64,000 nucleotides of DNA from an uncultured Solirubrobacterales bacterium (GTDB taxonomy: Bacteria > Actinomycetota > Thermoleophilia > Solirubrobacterales > Solirubrobacteraceae). A program made the translations under genes and the position numbers. Below, piece by piece: positions 17,531 to 27,345 of the stretch. The notes under the pieces are model-generated. The model was not told the origin of the DNA. It searched no databases and was given only the letters and a program-made list of their open reading frames with translations. Position 1 is the first letter of the stretch. Each line of letters starts with the position of its first letter. The stretch is from positions 1,210,095 through 1,274,094 of the forward strand of contig OY969890.1 in NCBI GenBank assembly GCA_963704345.1, given 5' to 3'.

Positions 17531-19070
17531 TCAAACGTTGAGCGCGACGTACTTCGTCTCCAGGTACTCACCGATACCCTCGAAGCCTCCCTCGCGACCA
17601 AAACCCGACTGCTTTACGCCCCCGAAGGGGGCCGCTGGATTGGACACGATGCCCTGGTTGACGCCGATCATGCCGGCCGCGATCGCCTCTGAGACCCGCA
17701 GCGTACGGGCCAGATCACGCGTATAGATGTAGGCCACGAGCCCGTACTCGGTAGCGTTTGCGGCCTCGATCGCCTGTTCCTCGGTGGAGAACGTGCTCAC
17801 GGGAGCGACCGGTCCGAATACCTCCTCGCGCAAGATGCGCGCGTCGGAGGGCACCTCATCGAGCACTGTGGGCGCGAAGAAGTATCCCCCCGGCGTGGAG
17901 GACTCCGCCTCGGAAGCCGAAGTCCCCCTCTCGGGTGACGGGGAGGGGTGTGTCGATCGGTCGTTGGCTGGACCCGACAATGGCTCGCCGCCACACAGCA
18001 GCTTGGCGCCCTTTTGCACGGCATCCTGCACCAGCTCCTCGACGATCTTGCGCTGGCGATCGTCGATCAGCGGGCCGACATCGACATCCGCCTCGGTACC
18101 GCGTCCCAGCTTCAGCTTGGCCATCCGCTCGGCCATCCGCTTGGCGAACTCCGCAGCACAGCGACTCGTGCACGTGGAAACGGTTGGCCGCCGTGCACGC
18201 CTCGCCGACGTTGCGCAGCTTCGCGATCATGGCGCCCTCGACCGCGGCATCGAGATCGGCGTCCTCGAACACCACGAACGGGGCGTTCCCGCCCAGCTCC
18301 ATCGAGACGCGCAGGACCTGATCGGCCGACTGCTCGATCAGCTTGCGGCCCACCTCGGTGGAGCCGGTGAAGGACAGCTTGCGCGTGCGTGGATCCTTCA
18401 ACAGCGGTTCGATCACGGCGCCCGAATGACGTGCGGTGATCACGTTGAGCACGCCATCGGGCAGGCCCGCCTCGGCCAGCACGCCAGCCAGCGCCAGCAT
18501 CGACAGGGGCGTCTGCTGCGCCGGCTTGACGACCATCGTGCAGCCCGCCGCGATCGCAGGCGCGATCTTGCGCGTGCCCATTGCCGTAGGGAAGTTCCAG
18601 GGCGTCACGAACACGCACGGGCCGACCGGCTGGCGCATCGTCAGGATGCGTCCTTGCCCCGTCGTGTTGGTCATGTAGCGACCGTGGATGCGCACCGCCT
18701 CCTCGGAGAACCAGCGCAGGAACTCCGCGGCGTAGTTGATCTCGGCCTTGGATTCGGCGAGCGCCTTGCCCATCTCCAGCGTCATCACCAGCGCGAGCTC
18801 GTCCACGCGGGCCAGTAGCAACTCGTAGGCACGACGCAGGATCTCGCCACGCTCACGCGGGGCGGTAGCGGCCCACGCGGCCTGCGCGTCGGCCGCGGCC
18901 GTCAGCGCAGCCAACGCATCCTCGGGGGTCGCGTCGGCCACCTCGGCCAGCGTCATGCCCGTCGACGGATCCTCTACGCCGAGCGTTTTTCCCCCGCTGG
19001 CCTTGCGCCACTGCCCGCCTATGTATAGATCCTTGCGGACCTGGTCAAGTACCGCCTGCTCGCCCATCAT
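17531..19070 (-). CDS. gabD: NAD(P)-dependent succinate-semialdehyde dehydrogenase, frameshift near 18155
   Basis: TPWNFP, SFTGST, ELGGNAP, NVGEACTAANR, EEVFGP, PFGGVKQSGFGREG. Confidence 0.88.
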
Positions 19071-19086
19071 GTGAGGTTCCTCTCGC

Positions 19087-20217
19087 TTGCGGGATTCATG
19101 CTCGATGAAGATCTGTCCGATTCGACCTAGGTGCAGTGTGCCATCCGACGCTCTTACCCTGATCGCGCTCGCGTGTCTCATGTTGTGCGCCTCCTCGACT
19201 GGGTCGTTCGCCGGCGCCGCCGGCGCCGCCACGCTGGTGATCGATGGCGCGGGCGACGGTCACGGCGTGGGGATGAGCCAGGACGGAGCGCTCGGCTTTG
19301 CCGAACACGGTTGGACCTATTCCGCGATCTTGGCCCACTACTACACGGGGACCGCGCTCGGAACAGCGCCCGCGAACGCCGTCATCAAGGTGTTGGTCGG
19401 CTCGAAGGTCAAGAGCCTTCCGCTTGAAAGCTACGTGCGCGGCGTTGTCTCAGCAGAGATGTCGGCCAACTGGCCGACAGCGGCGCTGGAGGCACAGGCC
19501 GTCGCCAGCCGCACCTATGCGATCACCTCTGATGCGGGCGGCTCGAGGTTCGACGTGTACTCCGACGACCGCTCGCAGGTGTACCTCGGCAAGGCCGCGG
19601 AAACATCTCGTACCAACTCGGCCGTCGCCGCTACGGCTGGGCAGATCGTCACCTATGCCGGCAAGCCCGCAGTCACCTATTTCTTTGCTGGCTCGGGCGG
19701 GCAGACCGAGAGCGTGCAGAACGCCTTTCCCGGGGCTGAGGCCGAGCCTTGGCTCGTGAGCGTGGCCGATCCTTACGAAGCTGGACCACTGCGCCGCTGG
19801 ACGCAGACGTTGAGTTTCGCCTCGGCAACGGCTCACGCTTGAGCGGGCTCGTCAAGGGAGGGTTCACCGGCATCGAGGTGTTTGAAGCGTGGCGTGTCCC
19901 CGCGGATCGTCTCGGCCTACGTGCTCGGCTCGAAGGGGCGCACGCTTGTCAGTGGGCCAGAACTGGAGGCGCGCCTCGGGCTTTACTCGACCTGGGCCTA
20001 CTTCAGCGTGAAGAACACAAAGGGGACGCGCGCCGAGCCGGACATAAGCGGGCAGAGCCCGGCGTCGGAGCCGAACGCAAGCGGGCAGAATCCTGCTCCG
20101 GAGCCGAGCGCCCAGCCGGCGGACGTCGGCGGCACGGGAGGCTCCGCCGCGGCAGCCGACGCCCCTTCAAGCAAGCCTGCCGGCGTGGACGGACAAGGCG
20201 GCGTGCCAGCCGGGTAG
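19087..20217 (+). CDS. SpoIID/LytB domain protein, frameshifted
   Basis: GHGVGMSQDGA, ILAHYY, YVRGVVSAEM, ALEAQAVASRTY, SQVY. Confidence 0.85.
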
Positions 20218-20319
20218 TCGAGCGAGGTCAAGCGACGTGCCAGTGGGCGGCGCGCGCCAAGCCAGCGCCATCGCCGCGCTGGCGAGGTACACAAAGAACG
20301 GAGGCCGCATCTTGCTTGC

Positions 20320-21234
20320 ATGACGCATACCCTGATGGCGATGGACGATGCTCCACTGCTGATCGCCGACGTTCCCTGGCTGCTCTACCGAGCCTTCTTC
20401 TCTTTGCCCAAATCGATCAAGGGCAACGACGGAAAGCCTGTCAATGCTCTGCTGGGCACCGTAAATGCGCTGCTGGCGGCGAGCGAAGCGCAACCGCCTC
20501 GTGCCGTGGTCGCATGCTTCGGCGCGGAGGAGGCTCGCTATCGCGTCGAGGCCTATCCCCCTTATCACGCCCACCGCGAGCCGATGCCGGAGGAGCTACG
20601 CGATCAGTGGGGGCGCGCGCCCGAATTGCTTGCGAGCTTCGACTGGACAATCGCCGACGCGGCGGAGCTGGAGGCCGACGACGCGATGGGCTCCTTCGCT
20701 CGGGCCGAGGCCAAAGCGGGAGGGCGTGCATTGTTGTTGACCGCAGACCGCGACCTCTATCAGTGCGTCGAGGACAAAGTGGCCGTTTTGGATTTGGGAA
20801 AGGGAGGGGCGTGCTCTGTCTTGGGACCGAGCCAGGTACACGAGCGCTATGGCATCGCACCAGGACAGGTGCCAGATTTCATTGCCCTGCGCGGCGACCC
20901 TTCCGACGGATTGCCCGGGGCGCCCGGGATCGGAGCGAAGACGGCGGCTGAGCTACTGCGCAGCTACGACAACTTGGAGGCCCTGCTGGACCAGGCCAAA
21001 CGGCAATGTGAAGATGGCGGCATCGGCGAGCTGCGTCCGCGCATCGCTCAAAGCCTGCACGAGAACGCCGAGCTGCTGCGCACGTTTAAGCACGTGGCGA
21101 CGCTCGTGCAGCTGGACGTTGAGCACCCGCCGGACACATTGACGAACTTCGCCGGCGGCGCAGCCAAGGCGCGCGAGCTCGGCATGGAGCGACTGGCCGG
21201 GCGGCTCGATGAGCTAGCGGTCGCCGCAAAGTAA
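20320..21234 (+). CDS. 5'-3' exonuclease / flap endonuclease
   Basis: LLYRAFF, YHAHR, EADDAMG, TADRD, LRGDPSDGLPGAPGIGAKTA. Confidence 0.92.
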   Translation: MTHTLMAMDDAPLLIADVPWLLYRAFFSLPKSIKGNDGKPVNALLGTVNALLAASEAQPPRAVVACFGAEEARYRVEAYPPYHAHREPMPEELRDQWGRAPELLASFDWTIADAAELEADDAMGSFARAEAKAGGRALLLTADRDLYQCVEDKVAVLDLGKGGACSVLGPSQVHERYGIAPGQVPDFIALRGDPSDGLPGAPGIGAKTAAELLRSYDNLEALLDQAKRQCEDGGIGELRPRIAQSLHENAELLRTFKHVATLVQLDVEHPPDTLTNFAGGAAKARELGMERLAGRLDELAVAAK

Positions 21235-21289
21235 CGGCCAAGATGACGGACCGACAGCCGCGGCCTACGCGCTCAGCGCTGCCCGTGCT

Positions 21290-22375
21290 CTAGGGCGTGA
21301 ACTTCACTGTGATCACGTCTCCATCCTGCATCGCGTAGTCGCGACCCTCTAGACGCAGGGTGCCGCGGTCGCGCGCGCCCGCGTAGCCACCCGCATCAAC
21401 CAGCTCGCGCCAACCGACCACTTCGGCCCTGACAAAGCCCTTTTGGATATCGGTGTGAATCTGCCCCGCCGCATGCCAGGCAGTGAGCCCGTCGCGCAGA
21501 TGCCATGACTGCGCCGGCTTGGCCTCGCCCGCAGTGAAGAACGCAATCAGGTGCAGCAGCGAAAAGGCGCCGCGCACGATCCGTTGCAGGCTTGATTCGC
21601 TGACGCCTAGCTCGGCACGCATCAGGGCCGCTTCCTCCTCCTCCAGCTCGGCCAGCTCGGACTCGATCCGCGAGCTGACGGCCACCACCCCGGCGCCCTG
21701 TGCCGCGGCATGCTCGGCCACAGTCGCTGGCACGTCCTCTGAGCCCTCGTCGACATTGACGACGAACAGCACCGGCTTGGCCGTGAGCGCACCCAGGTCA
21801 CGTAGCGCGTGCGGGGCGTCCTTAGGTGGCGCCACCGAGCGCGCTGGCCTGCCGGCCTGCAGCTCGCCGATCACCTCGCGCAGCCACGCCTCCTCGGCGA
21901 TCGCGACGCGGTCCCCGCTCTTGGCCTGCTTGGCGACACGCTCCACGCGACGTTCTGCCTGCTCCAGGTCGGCCAGCACCAGCTCGGTCTCGATCGTCTC
22001 GATGTCTGCCGCCGGGTCCACGCGCCCCTCCGGGTGGATCACGTTCTCGTCGCTGTGTGCTCGCACCACGTGCACGATCGCGTCGGTCTCGCGGATGTTG
22101 GCCAGGAAACGGTTGCCGAGCCCCTCGCCTTTGTGCGCGCCGGCGACCAGGCCAGCGATGTCGTGGAAGTCGATCGTGTCCCAGACGATGTCTGACGCGC
22201 GCACCGTCTGTGAGACCTCGACGAGTCGCTCGTCGAGCACAGGCACGACCGCCACGTTTGGCTCGATCGTCGTGAAGGGATAGTTGGCGGCCTCGACGCC
22301 GGCCTTCGTCAGCGCGTTGAACAGCGAAGACTTGCCCGCGTTCGGTAGGCCGACGATGCCGATGCGCGTGCTCAC
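21290..22375 (-). CDS. ychF: redox-regulated ATPase YchF
   Basis: GIVGLPNAGKS, ANYPFTTIEPN, DIAGLV, GEGLGN, TGS domain. Confidence 0.97.
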   Translation of the reverse strand: MSTRIGIVGLPNAGKSSLFNALTKAGVEAANYPFTTIEPNVAVVPVLDERLVEVSQTVRASDIVWDTIDFHDIAGLVAGAHKGEGLGNRFLANIRETDAIVHVVRAHSDENVIHPEGRVDPAADIETIETELVLADLEQAERRVERVAKQAKSGDRVAIAEEAWLREVIGELQAGRPARSVAPPKDAPHALRDLGALTAKPVLFVVNVDEGSEDVPATVAEHAAAQGAGVVAVSSRIESELAELEEEEAALMRAELGVSESSLQRIVRGAFSLLHLIAFFTAGEAKPAQSWHLRDGLTAWHAAGQIHTDIQKGFVRAEVVGWRELVDAGGYAGARDRGTLRLEGRDYAMQDGDVITVKFTP

Positions 22376-23058
22376 GTCGCGCTCGCCCCGTTCGAGATAT
22401 CCCGCTGCCCTGAGGCCGGCGTGCCGGAAGTGGCCGGTCCGTGCGAGGCCGAGACGCTCGACATCCCCCGTCCAGGGGCAGCCGCCGTCTCGCTTGAAGC
22501 ATCACTGCGGCGACACGCCTCGGCAATCGCCAGGCCGAGCAGCGCGCCTCCCAGTATGTCGGAGGGATAGTGGACACCCAGATACAGGCGCGAAAGCGCG
22601 AGACCTACGGCCAGCGCATACAGCGGCGTCGCGGGAAAACCGGCTCGGCTGTAGGCAAGCGCCCCGGCAAACGAGGTCGAGGAGTGGGCGCTGGGGAAGC
22701 TAAAACGCGTAGGCGTGCTCGTCAGCGGCGGCAGGCCCGGCAATTCGGGACGCACTCGCCGCACGACCAGCTTCAGCGCCGTGTTGGCCGCGTACGTTCC
22801 GGCGACGGCGCCAGCCGCGCGCGCCCAGCTCGAGCGTCGCTCCCCGCTCGAGCGCAGCGACTCAGCCGCCCCCAACACGAGCCAAACCGCCGCGTGCTCA
22901 CCGAGCAGCGAGAAGCGCGCCACTTTGCGCTCAGCCGCAGGCGTGTGCCCCCGGGTGCGCGCGAGAAATAGGAGTTTTTGGTCGAGTGAAATGGCAATCG
23001 CTCCACTGTCGAGGGGCAAGTAAGACAAGGACGCACCGACCGCCGTGTGCTTCAGCAC
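22372..23058 (-). CDS. PAP2 family phosphatase
   Basis: KLVVRRVRP, SFPSAH, SRLYLGVHYPSD. Confidence 0.9.
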   Translation of the reverse strand: MLKHTAVGASLSYLPLDSGAIAISLDQKLLFLARTRGHTPAAERKVARFSLLGEHAAVWLVLGAAESLRSSGERRSSWARAAGAVAGTYAANTALKLVVRRVRPELPGLPPLTSTPTRFSFPSAHSSTSFAGALAYSRAGFPATPLYALAVGLALSRLYLGVHYPSDILGGALLGLAIAEACRRSDASSETAAAPGRGMSSVSASHGPATSGTPASGQRDISNGASAT

Positions 23059-23151
23059 ACAAGGGAGGGAAGACGCAACCGAGCGACGATCGATAGCCCA
23101 TTCGGGGCAGACGGCGGGATCGACGATCGGCCAGCGCCGCCCATCGGCCGT

Positions 23152-23319
23152 CTAGTGGTCCATCCCGTGAATTCGCTGTGGGTTTGCCGGTTGTATGCGC
23201 GTGATCTGAGGGTTGACGGTTTCCGTACGCGTACTGGGAGTACGTGTGCGGACACCGGGGGCCATCAGGCGCGTGCAGACGCCGGGAAACACCAGTGGAT
23301 TTACGGGATGGACCACTAG
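23152..23319. mobile_element. 168-bp MITE-like element
   Basis: Terminal inverted repeats CTAGTGGTCCATCCCGT(G/A)AA; CTAG at both ends; internal symmetry; non-coding. Confidence 0.8.
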
Positions 23320-23534
23320 GTCCCGAAACCTACGCGTTGATCGCTGTCCTCCACGCGGACATAGACGACCTGCCCCAGGTACAGCCGCACCGGCCCTTCC
23401 TCGGTTCTGAACTCGTGCCAGCCGCCGTCGCCGAGCGCCTTGTAGAGCGCCTCGAGCTGCTCGTCGGTGACGCGCAGCGAGAGCACCTGGCCGCCTTGGA
23501 ATCCGATGCTAACGCGCCTGTGTTGATGGGCCAT
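23316..23534 (-). CDS. hypothetical protein (72 aa)
   Basis: Coupled to mce; ends in RVGFG. Confidence 0.75.
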   Translation of the reverse strand: MAHQHRRVSIGFQGGQVLSLRVTDEQLEALYKALGDGGWHEFRTEEGPVRLYLGQVVYVRVEDSDQRVGFGT

Positions 23535-23944
23535 CAGTGATCCTCCACGGGTTGAACTAGCTCGGTGAGCACCCTAGCGGTGCCCTTTGGCTCGAGGAAC
23601 GCCACCAGCGCGCCGCGGATGCCGACACGCGGGGCCTTGTCGATCAGGGGTTGGCCCGCATCGCGCAACGCCGCGAGGGTCGCCTCGATATCGGACACCT
23701 GGTAGGCGACATGGTGCAGACCCGCCCCGCGCTTGGCGAGGAACTTGCCCACCGGGGTGTCGGGGCCCAATGGCGCGAGCAGCTCCACGTGGTTCTCGCC
23801 CACATCGAGCAGGACCGCCTCGACACCCTGCTCCTCGACGATCTCGCGGTGAGCCACCTCCATGCCGAAGACGTCCCGATAGAGCGCCAGCGAGTCTTCG
23901 ATGTCCTCGACGGCGACGCCGATGTGATCTATCCGGTTGAACAC
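23534..23944 (-). CDS. mce: methylmalonyl-CoA epimerase
   Basis: IDHIGVAV, VEEQGV, VELL, GLHHVAY, TELVQ. Confidence 0.92.
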   Translation of the reverse strand: MFNRIDHIGVAVEDIEDSLALYRDVFGMEVAHREIVEEQGVEAVLLDVGENHVELLAPLGPDTPVGKFLAKRGAGLHHVAYQVSDIEATLAALRDAGQPLIDKAPRVGIRGALVAFLEPKGTARVLTELVQPVEDH

Positions 23945-24002
23945 GTCCCGCAGTCTAGCCTTTGGGGGCGAGACGAAATTGCGACGGGCCACGAAAGCGT
24001 CG

Positions 24003-25715
24003 TCAGGCGTCCTCGGGGTGAAGCGAAGGTGTCGAGGCGGGCGCTTGCCTTGGCACATCCACCGACACGCCGGCCGGGTTCGCCGTCGGCATGGACGCAG
24101 GCACAGCAGCCGGATTCGCTGTTGGTACGGACGCAGGCACAGCAGCCGAGTTCGCGGCCGGCATGGACGCAGGCACAGCCGAGTTCGCTGTTGGTACGGA
24201 CGCAGGCACAGCGGCGGCGACCACGCGCAAACCCACTCCCGGCCGGCGTTCCAAACGCGGCACGCCCACCATCACGCGATCGATCGCGTCGCGGTCGAGC
24301 ACCTCGTTGCTCAGCAGCTCCACCGCAAGCGCGTCGAGCTGTGCGCGATGACTGACGATCAGCCTGCGTGCGGCCCGGCGCGCCTCGTCAACCAGCTCGC
24401 GACGCTCCTCGTCACGTAGGCGCAGCGTGGTCTCCGAGAGGCGTACATCGCCATCAGGGGTGCGCCCCACGCCGGCGCTGCCCATCGCGTAGTCGTGCAC
24501 CATCGAATGCGCGATGTCCGCCACGCGCTTGAGGTCGTCGGAGGCGCCCGTGGTGATCGAGCCGAACACGATCTGCTCGGCCACGCGCCCGCCCAGCAGG
24601 ACGGTCATGTAGTCGAGCAGCTCCTCGCGCGTCTTCAGGTAGCGATCCTCGGCCGGCAGGTTGAGCGTGTAGCCGAGCGCGCGTCCACGCGGCACGATCG
24701 AGATGCGGTGCACGCGATCGACCGATGGCAGCAGCTCGCCACAGAGCGCGTGGCCTGCCTCGTGAAAGGCGACGACGCGCTTCTCGTGAGCGTTGAGAAC
24801 ACGGTGGGACTGCACCCCGGCGATCACTCGCTCCAAAGCCTGGTCGAAGTCCCCACCGGTGATGCTCTTGCCGCCACGCCGTGCAGCGAAGATCGCCGCC
24901 TCGTTGCAGATGTTGGCCAGGTCGGCGCCGGTCAGCCCGCTCGTCTGCTGCGCCACGAGACCAAGGTCAACATCCCCCAGCGGCTTGTCGCGTGTGTGCA
25001 CCCCGAGCACGCCCTTGCGTCCCTTCACGTCGGGTGGGGTGACGAAAATTTGGCGGTCGAAGCGTCCGGGTCGCAGCAGCGCCGGGTCGAGCTTCTCCAG
25101 CAGGTTCGAGGCGGCGATCACGACCAAGCGGCCGCTCGTGGCGAAGCCGTCCATCTCGACGAGCAACTGGTTGAGCGTCTGGTCCTTCTCGCCGGAGAAG
25201 TCGGCGCCGCGGCGCCCGCCGACGGCGTCGAGCTCGTCGATGAAGATGATCGCCGGCTCCTGCTTGCGCGCGATCGCGAACAGGCGGCGGATGCGGGCAG
25301 CGCCAAGCCCGGCGAACATCTCCACGAACGCTGCCGCCGACTGGGCGAAGAACTGCGCGCCGGACTCGTGCGCGACCGCCTTGGCCAGCAGCGTCTTGCC
25401 TGTGCCTGGAGGGCCGTGCAAGAGGATGCCCTTGGGGACCTTCGCACCCAGCTTCTCGAACTGCTTGGGGTCGCGCAGGAACTCGACGATCTCCTGCAGC
25501 TCTGCCTTGGCCTCGTCGGCCCCAGCGATGTCCTTCCATGCAACTGACTGATTCGAGGAGGGCTTGATCTGCTGCGGCTTGACCCGCGGCATCACCTTCA
25601 AGGTGCGCCACATCAGGTAGATCAGCGCCATGAAGAACACGATCATCACGACGCTGGACCATTGGTAGGACCAGTTCTGGATGTCCGTCACGAGCGAGGT
25701 TGCGAGCACCGTCAT
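24003..25715 (-). CDS. FtsH-family ATP-dependent zinc metalloprotease with repeat tail
   Basis: GPPGTGKT, IIFIDELD, LLRPGRFDRQ, HEAGH. Confidence 0.95.
   Translation of the reverse strand: MTVLATSLVTDIQNWSYQWSSVVMIVFFMALIYLMWRTLKVMPRVKPQQIKPSSNQSVAWKDIAGADEAKAELQEIVEFLRDPKQFEKLGAKVPKGILLHGPPGTGKTLLAKAVAHESGAQFFAQSAAAFVEMFAGLGAARIRRLFAIARKQEPAIIFIDELDAVGGRRGADFSGEKDQTLNQLLVEMDGFATSGRLVVIAASNLLEKLDPALLRPGRFDRQIFVTPPDVKGRKGVLGVHTRDKPLGDVDLGLVAQQTSGLTGADLANICNEAAIFAARRGGKSITGGDFDQALERVIAGVQSHRVLNAHEKRVVAFHEAGHALCGELLPSVDRVHRISIVPRGRALGYTLNLPAEDRYLKTREELLDYMTVLLGGRVAEQIVFGSITTGASDDLKRVADIAHSMVHDYAMGSAGVGRTPDGDVRLSETTLRLRDEERRELVDEARRAARRLIVSHRAQLDALAVELLSNEVLDRDAIDRVMVGVPRLERRPGVGLRVVAAAVPASVPTANSAVPASMPAANSAAVPASVPTANPAAVPASMPTANPAGVSVDVPRQAPASTPSLHPEDA
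24060..24215. repeat. coding tandem repeats (AAVPAS[V/M]PTAN) in FtsH C-terminus
   Basis: Recurring ggacgcaggcacagc units, ~33-36 bp period. Confidence 0.85.
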
Positions 25716-25873
25716 GATTTACACACCCACCGATGGCACAGCATCGCGAAGCCAATCTGCTGCGGCTGACGCGGTCTGCGACACGTCCTAAACATCGTCA
25801 TTCCTACTTGCATCTCACCTTCCGTGGCTCGCTTGCACACCCACTGTAGACCTCATCTGCTCAATCAACGCAT

Positions 25874-27205
25874 CTAGCCGAGTAGTCCTAGCGCGAGGTC
25901 TCGGTAAAAGTCCGTGGCCAACTGCAAGTCGCGCACGTCGATGCGCTCATCGGGTGCGTGAATCAGCGCCTGCGTTTCAAGCAGCGACTGATGACGCTGG
26001 GGGAAGAAGCCATAGGCGACGCACTCGGGGAAGGCAGCACGGAAGTGGCGCGAGTCGGTGAAGCCGGGCAGGATCGTCGGCACCGTCTTAGCGCCGGGGT
26101 CGTGTGCCGAGACCCAATCGCCGAGCGCATCCATCAGCGGTGAGGCGATCGGCGAGCGATTGCCGGTTATGCGCTCGGTGAAGTCGATGCGCAAGCCCTC
26201 GATCCCGCCGAGCACCTGCTCGATCGCCTGCTTGGTCTCCGCTTCGCCAAGCCCCGGAGGCACGCGACAGTCCACACGCAACTCCGCTTTGGATGGAATC
26301 ACGTTGATCTTCTCCGACGCCGAGACCTTCGTCGGCGCGAAGCTGACGCCGAACATCGGCTCGAGCAGCTGCAGTAGACGAGGATCGATTCGCTCTAGAC
26401 GCGCGAGTGCGGCGGCAGGGTCCGACTCGTCCTCGCCCACGCCGCGCAGGAAAGCAAGCGGCTCGGCCGTCGGCGCGAGCGCTGGCTGGCGGGTCGCAAA
26501 GCGCTCGAGCACCGGCGCCAGCTTCAGCAGCGCATTGTCGCCGAGCTTTGGCATCGATGCGTGTCCAGCGGTCCCGTCTGTAGTAACCGTGAAGCGAAAC
26601 ACTCCCTTCTCGGCGCAGCACACGCCGTAGTAGCGCTGGCCGTCCAGCTCGAAGTGGGGCCCGCCCCCCTCGTTGAGCAGCATGTCGCAGCGCACCTTCT
26701 CTGGGTGCGTCTCGGTAAGCCACTTAGCGCCCTGCTCGCCGCCAGTCTCCTCGTCCACGACGGCGACGATCAGCAGCTCGCCGCGCTCAGGCCGCCAGCC
26801 TTCGCGCGCCAGGCCGGCGGCAGCGGCGACCTCAGCGGCGACCTGCGACTTCATGTCGAGCGAGCCTCGACCCCACAGACAGCCGTCGGCGATCTCCCCA
26901 GACCAAGGGTCGCGCGTCCACTCGCTTGCGTTGGCGAGCACCGTGTCGACATGGCCGAGATAGCACAGGGTCGGACCGTCGCTCGGGTGGGTGGGACTCA
27001 ATCTCGCCACGAGGTTCGGGCGCTCCGGTACGGCGGCAAACAGCTCGCACTGGAAACCAACGTCGGTCAGGATCCGCTCGAGATACTCGATCGCCGCACG
27101 CTCGTTGCCCGGCGGATTGACCGTGTCGAAGCGAATCAGGCGCTGAAGGAGCTGCGTGGCGTCGTCCACGAGCCCGATGCTACGCCACCGGGCAAGCAGG
27201 CCCAA
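25874..27205 (-). CDS. M20/M25/M40 family metallo-hydrolase
   Basis: GHVDTV, GRGSLDMK, DEETGG, NEGG, GHAS, IHAPDE. Confidence 0.93.
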   Translation of the reverse strand: MGLLARWRSIGLVDDATQLLQRLIRFDTVNPPGNERAAIEYLERILTDVGFQCELFAAVPERPNLVARLSPTHPSDGPTLCYLGHVDTVLANASEWTRDPWSGEIADGCLWGRGSLDMKSQVAAEVAAAAGLAREGWRPERGELLIVAVVDEETGGEQGAKWLTETHPEKVRCDMLLNEGGGPHFELDGQRYYGVCCAEKGVFRFTVTTDGTAGHASMPKLGDNALLKLAPVLERFATRQPALAPTAEPLAFLRGVGEDESDPAAALARLERIDPRLLQLLEPMFGVSFAPTKVSASEKINVIPSKAELRVDCRVPPGLGEAETKQAIEQVLGGIEGLRIDFTERITGNRSPIASPLMDALGDWVSAHDPGAKTVPTILPGFTDSRHFRAAFPECVAYGFFPQRHQSLLETQALIHAPDERIDVRDLQLATDFYRDLALGLLG

Positions 27206-27224
27206 TCAGAGGGCGGACACATCG

Positions 27225-27345
27225 GCCCATCGCGTTGGACTCATCAGCCCCATCCGTCTGGACCCATCAGCCCCATCGCGTTGGACCCATCAGCCCCATC
27301 GCGTTGGACCCATCGCCCCATCCGTCTGGACCCATCGTCTCGATC
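27225..27345. repeat. intergenic ~22-bp tandem repeat (CCCATCAGCCCCATCGCGTTGGA-like, ~5 copies)
   Basis: Direct inspection. Confidence 0.8.

Noticed and set aside
27225-27345. Short repeats here and at 49083-49302 as CRISPR or iterons
   Set aside because: Contiguous degenerate units, no spacers, no adjacent rep or cas gene.
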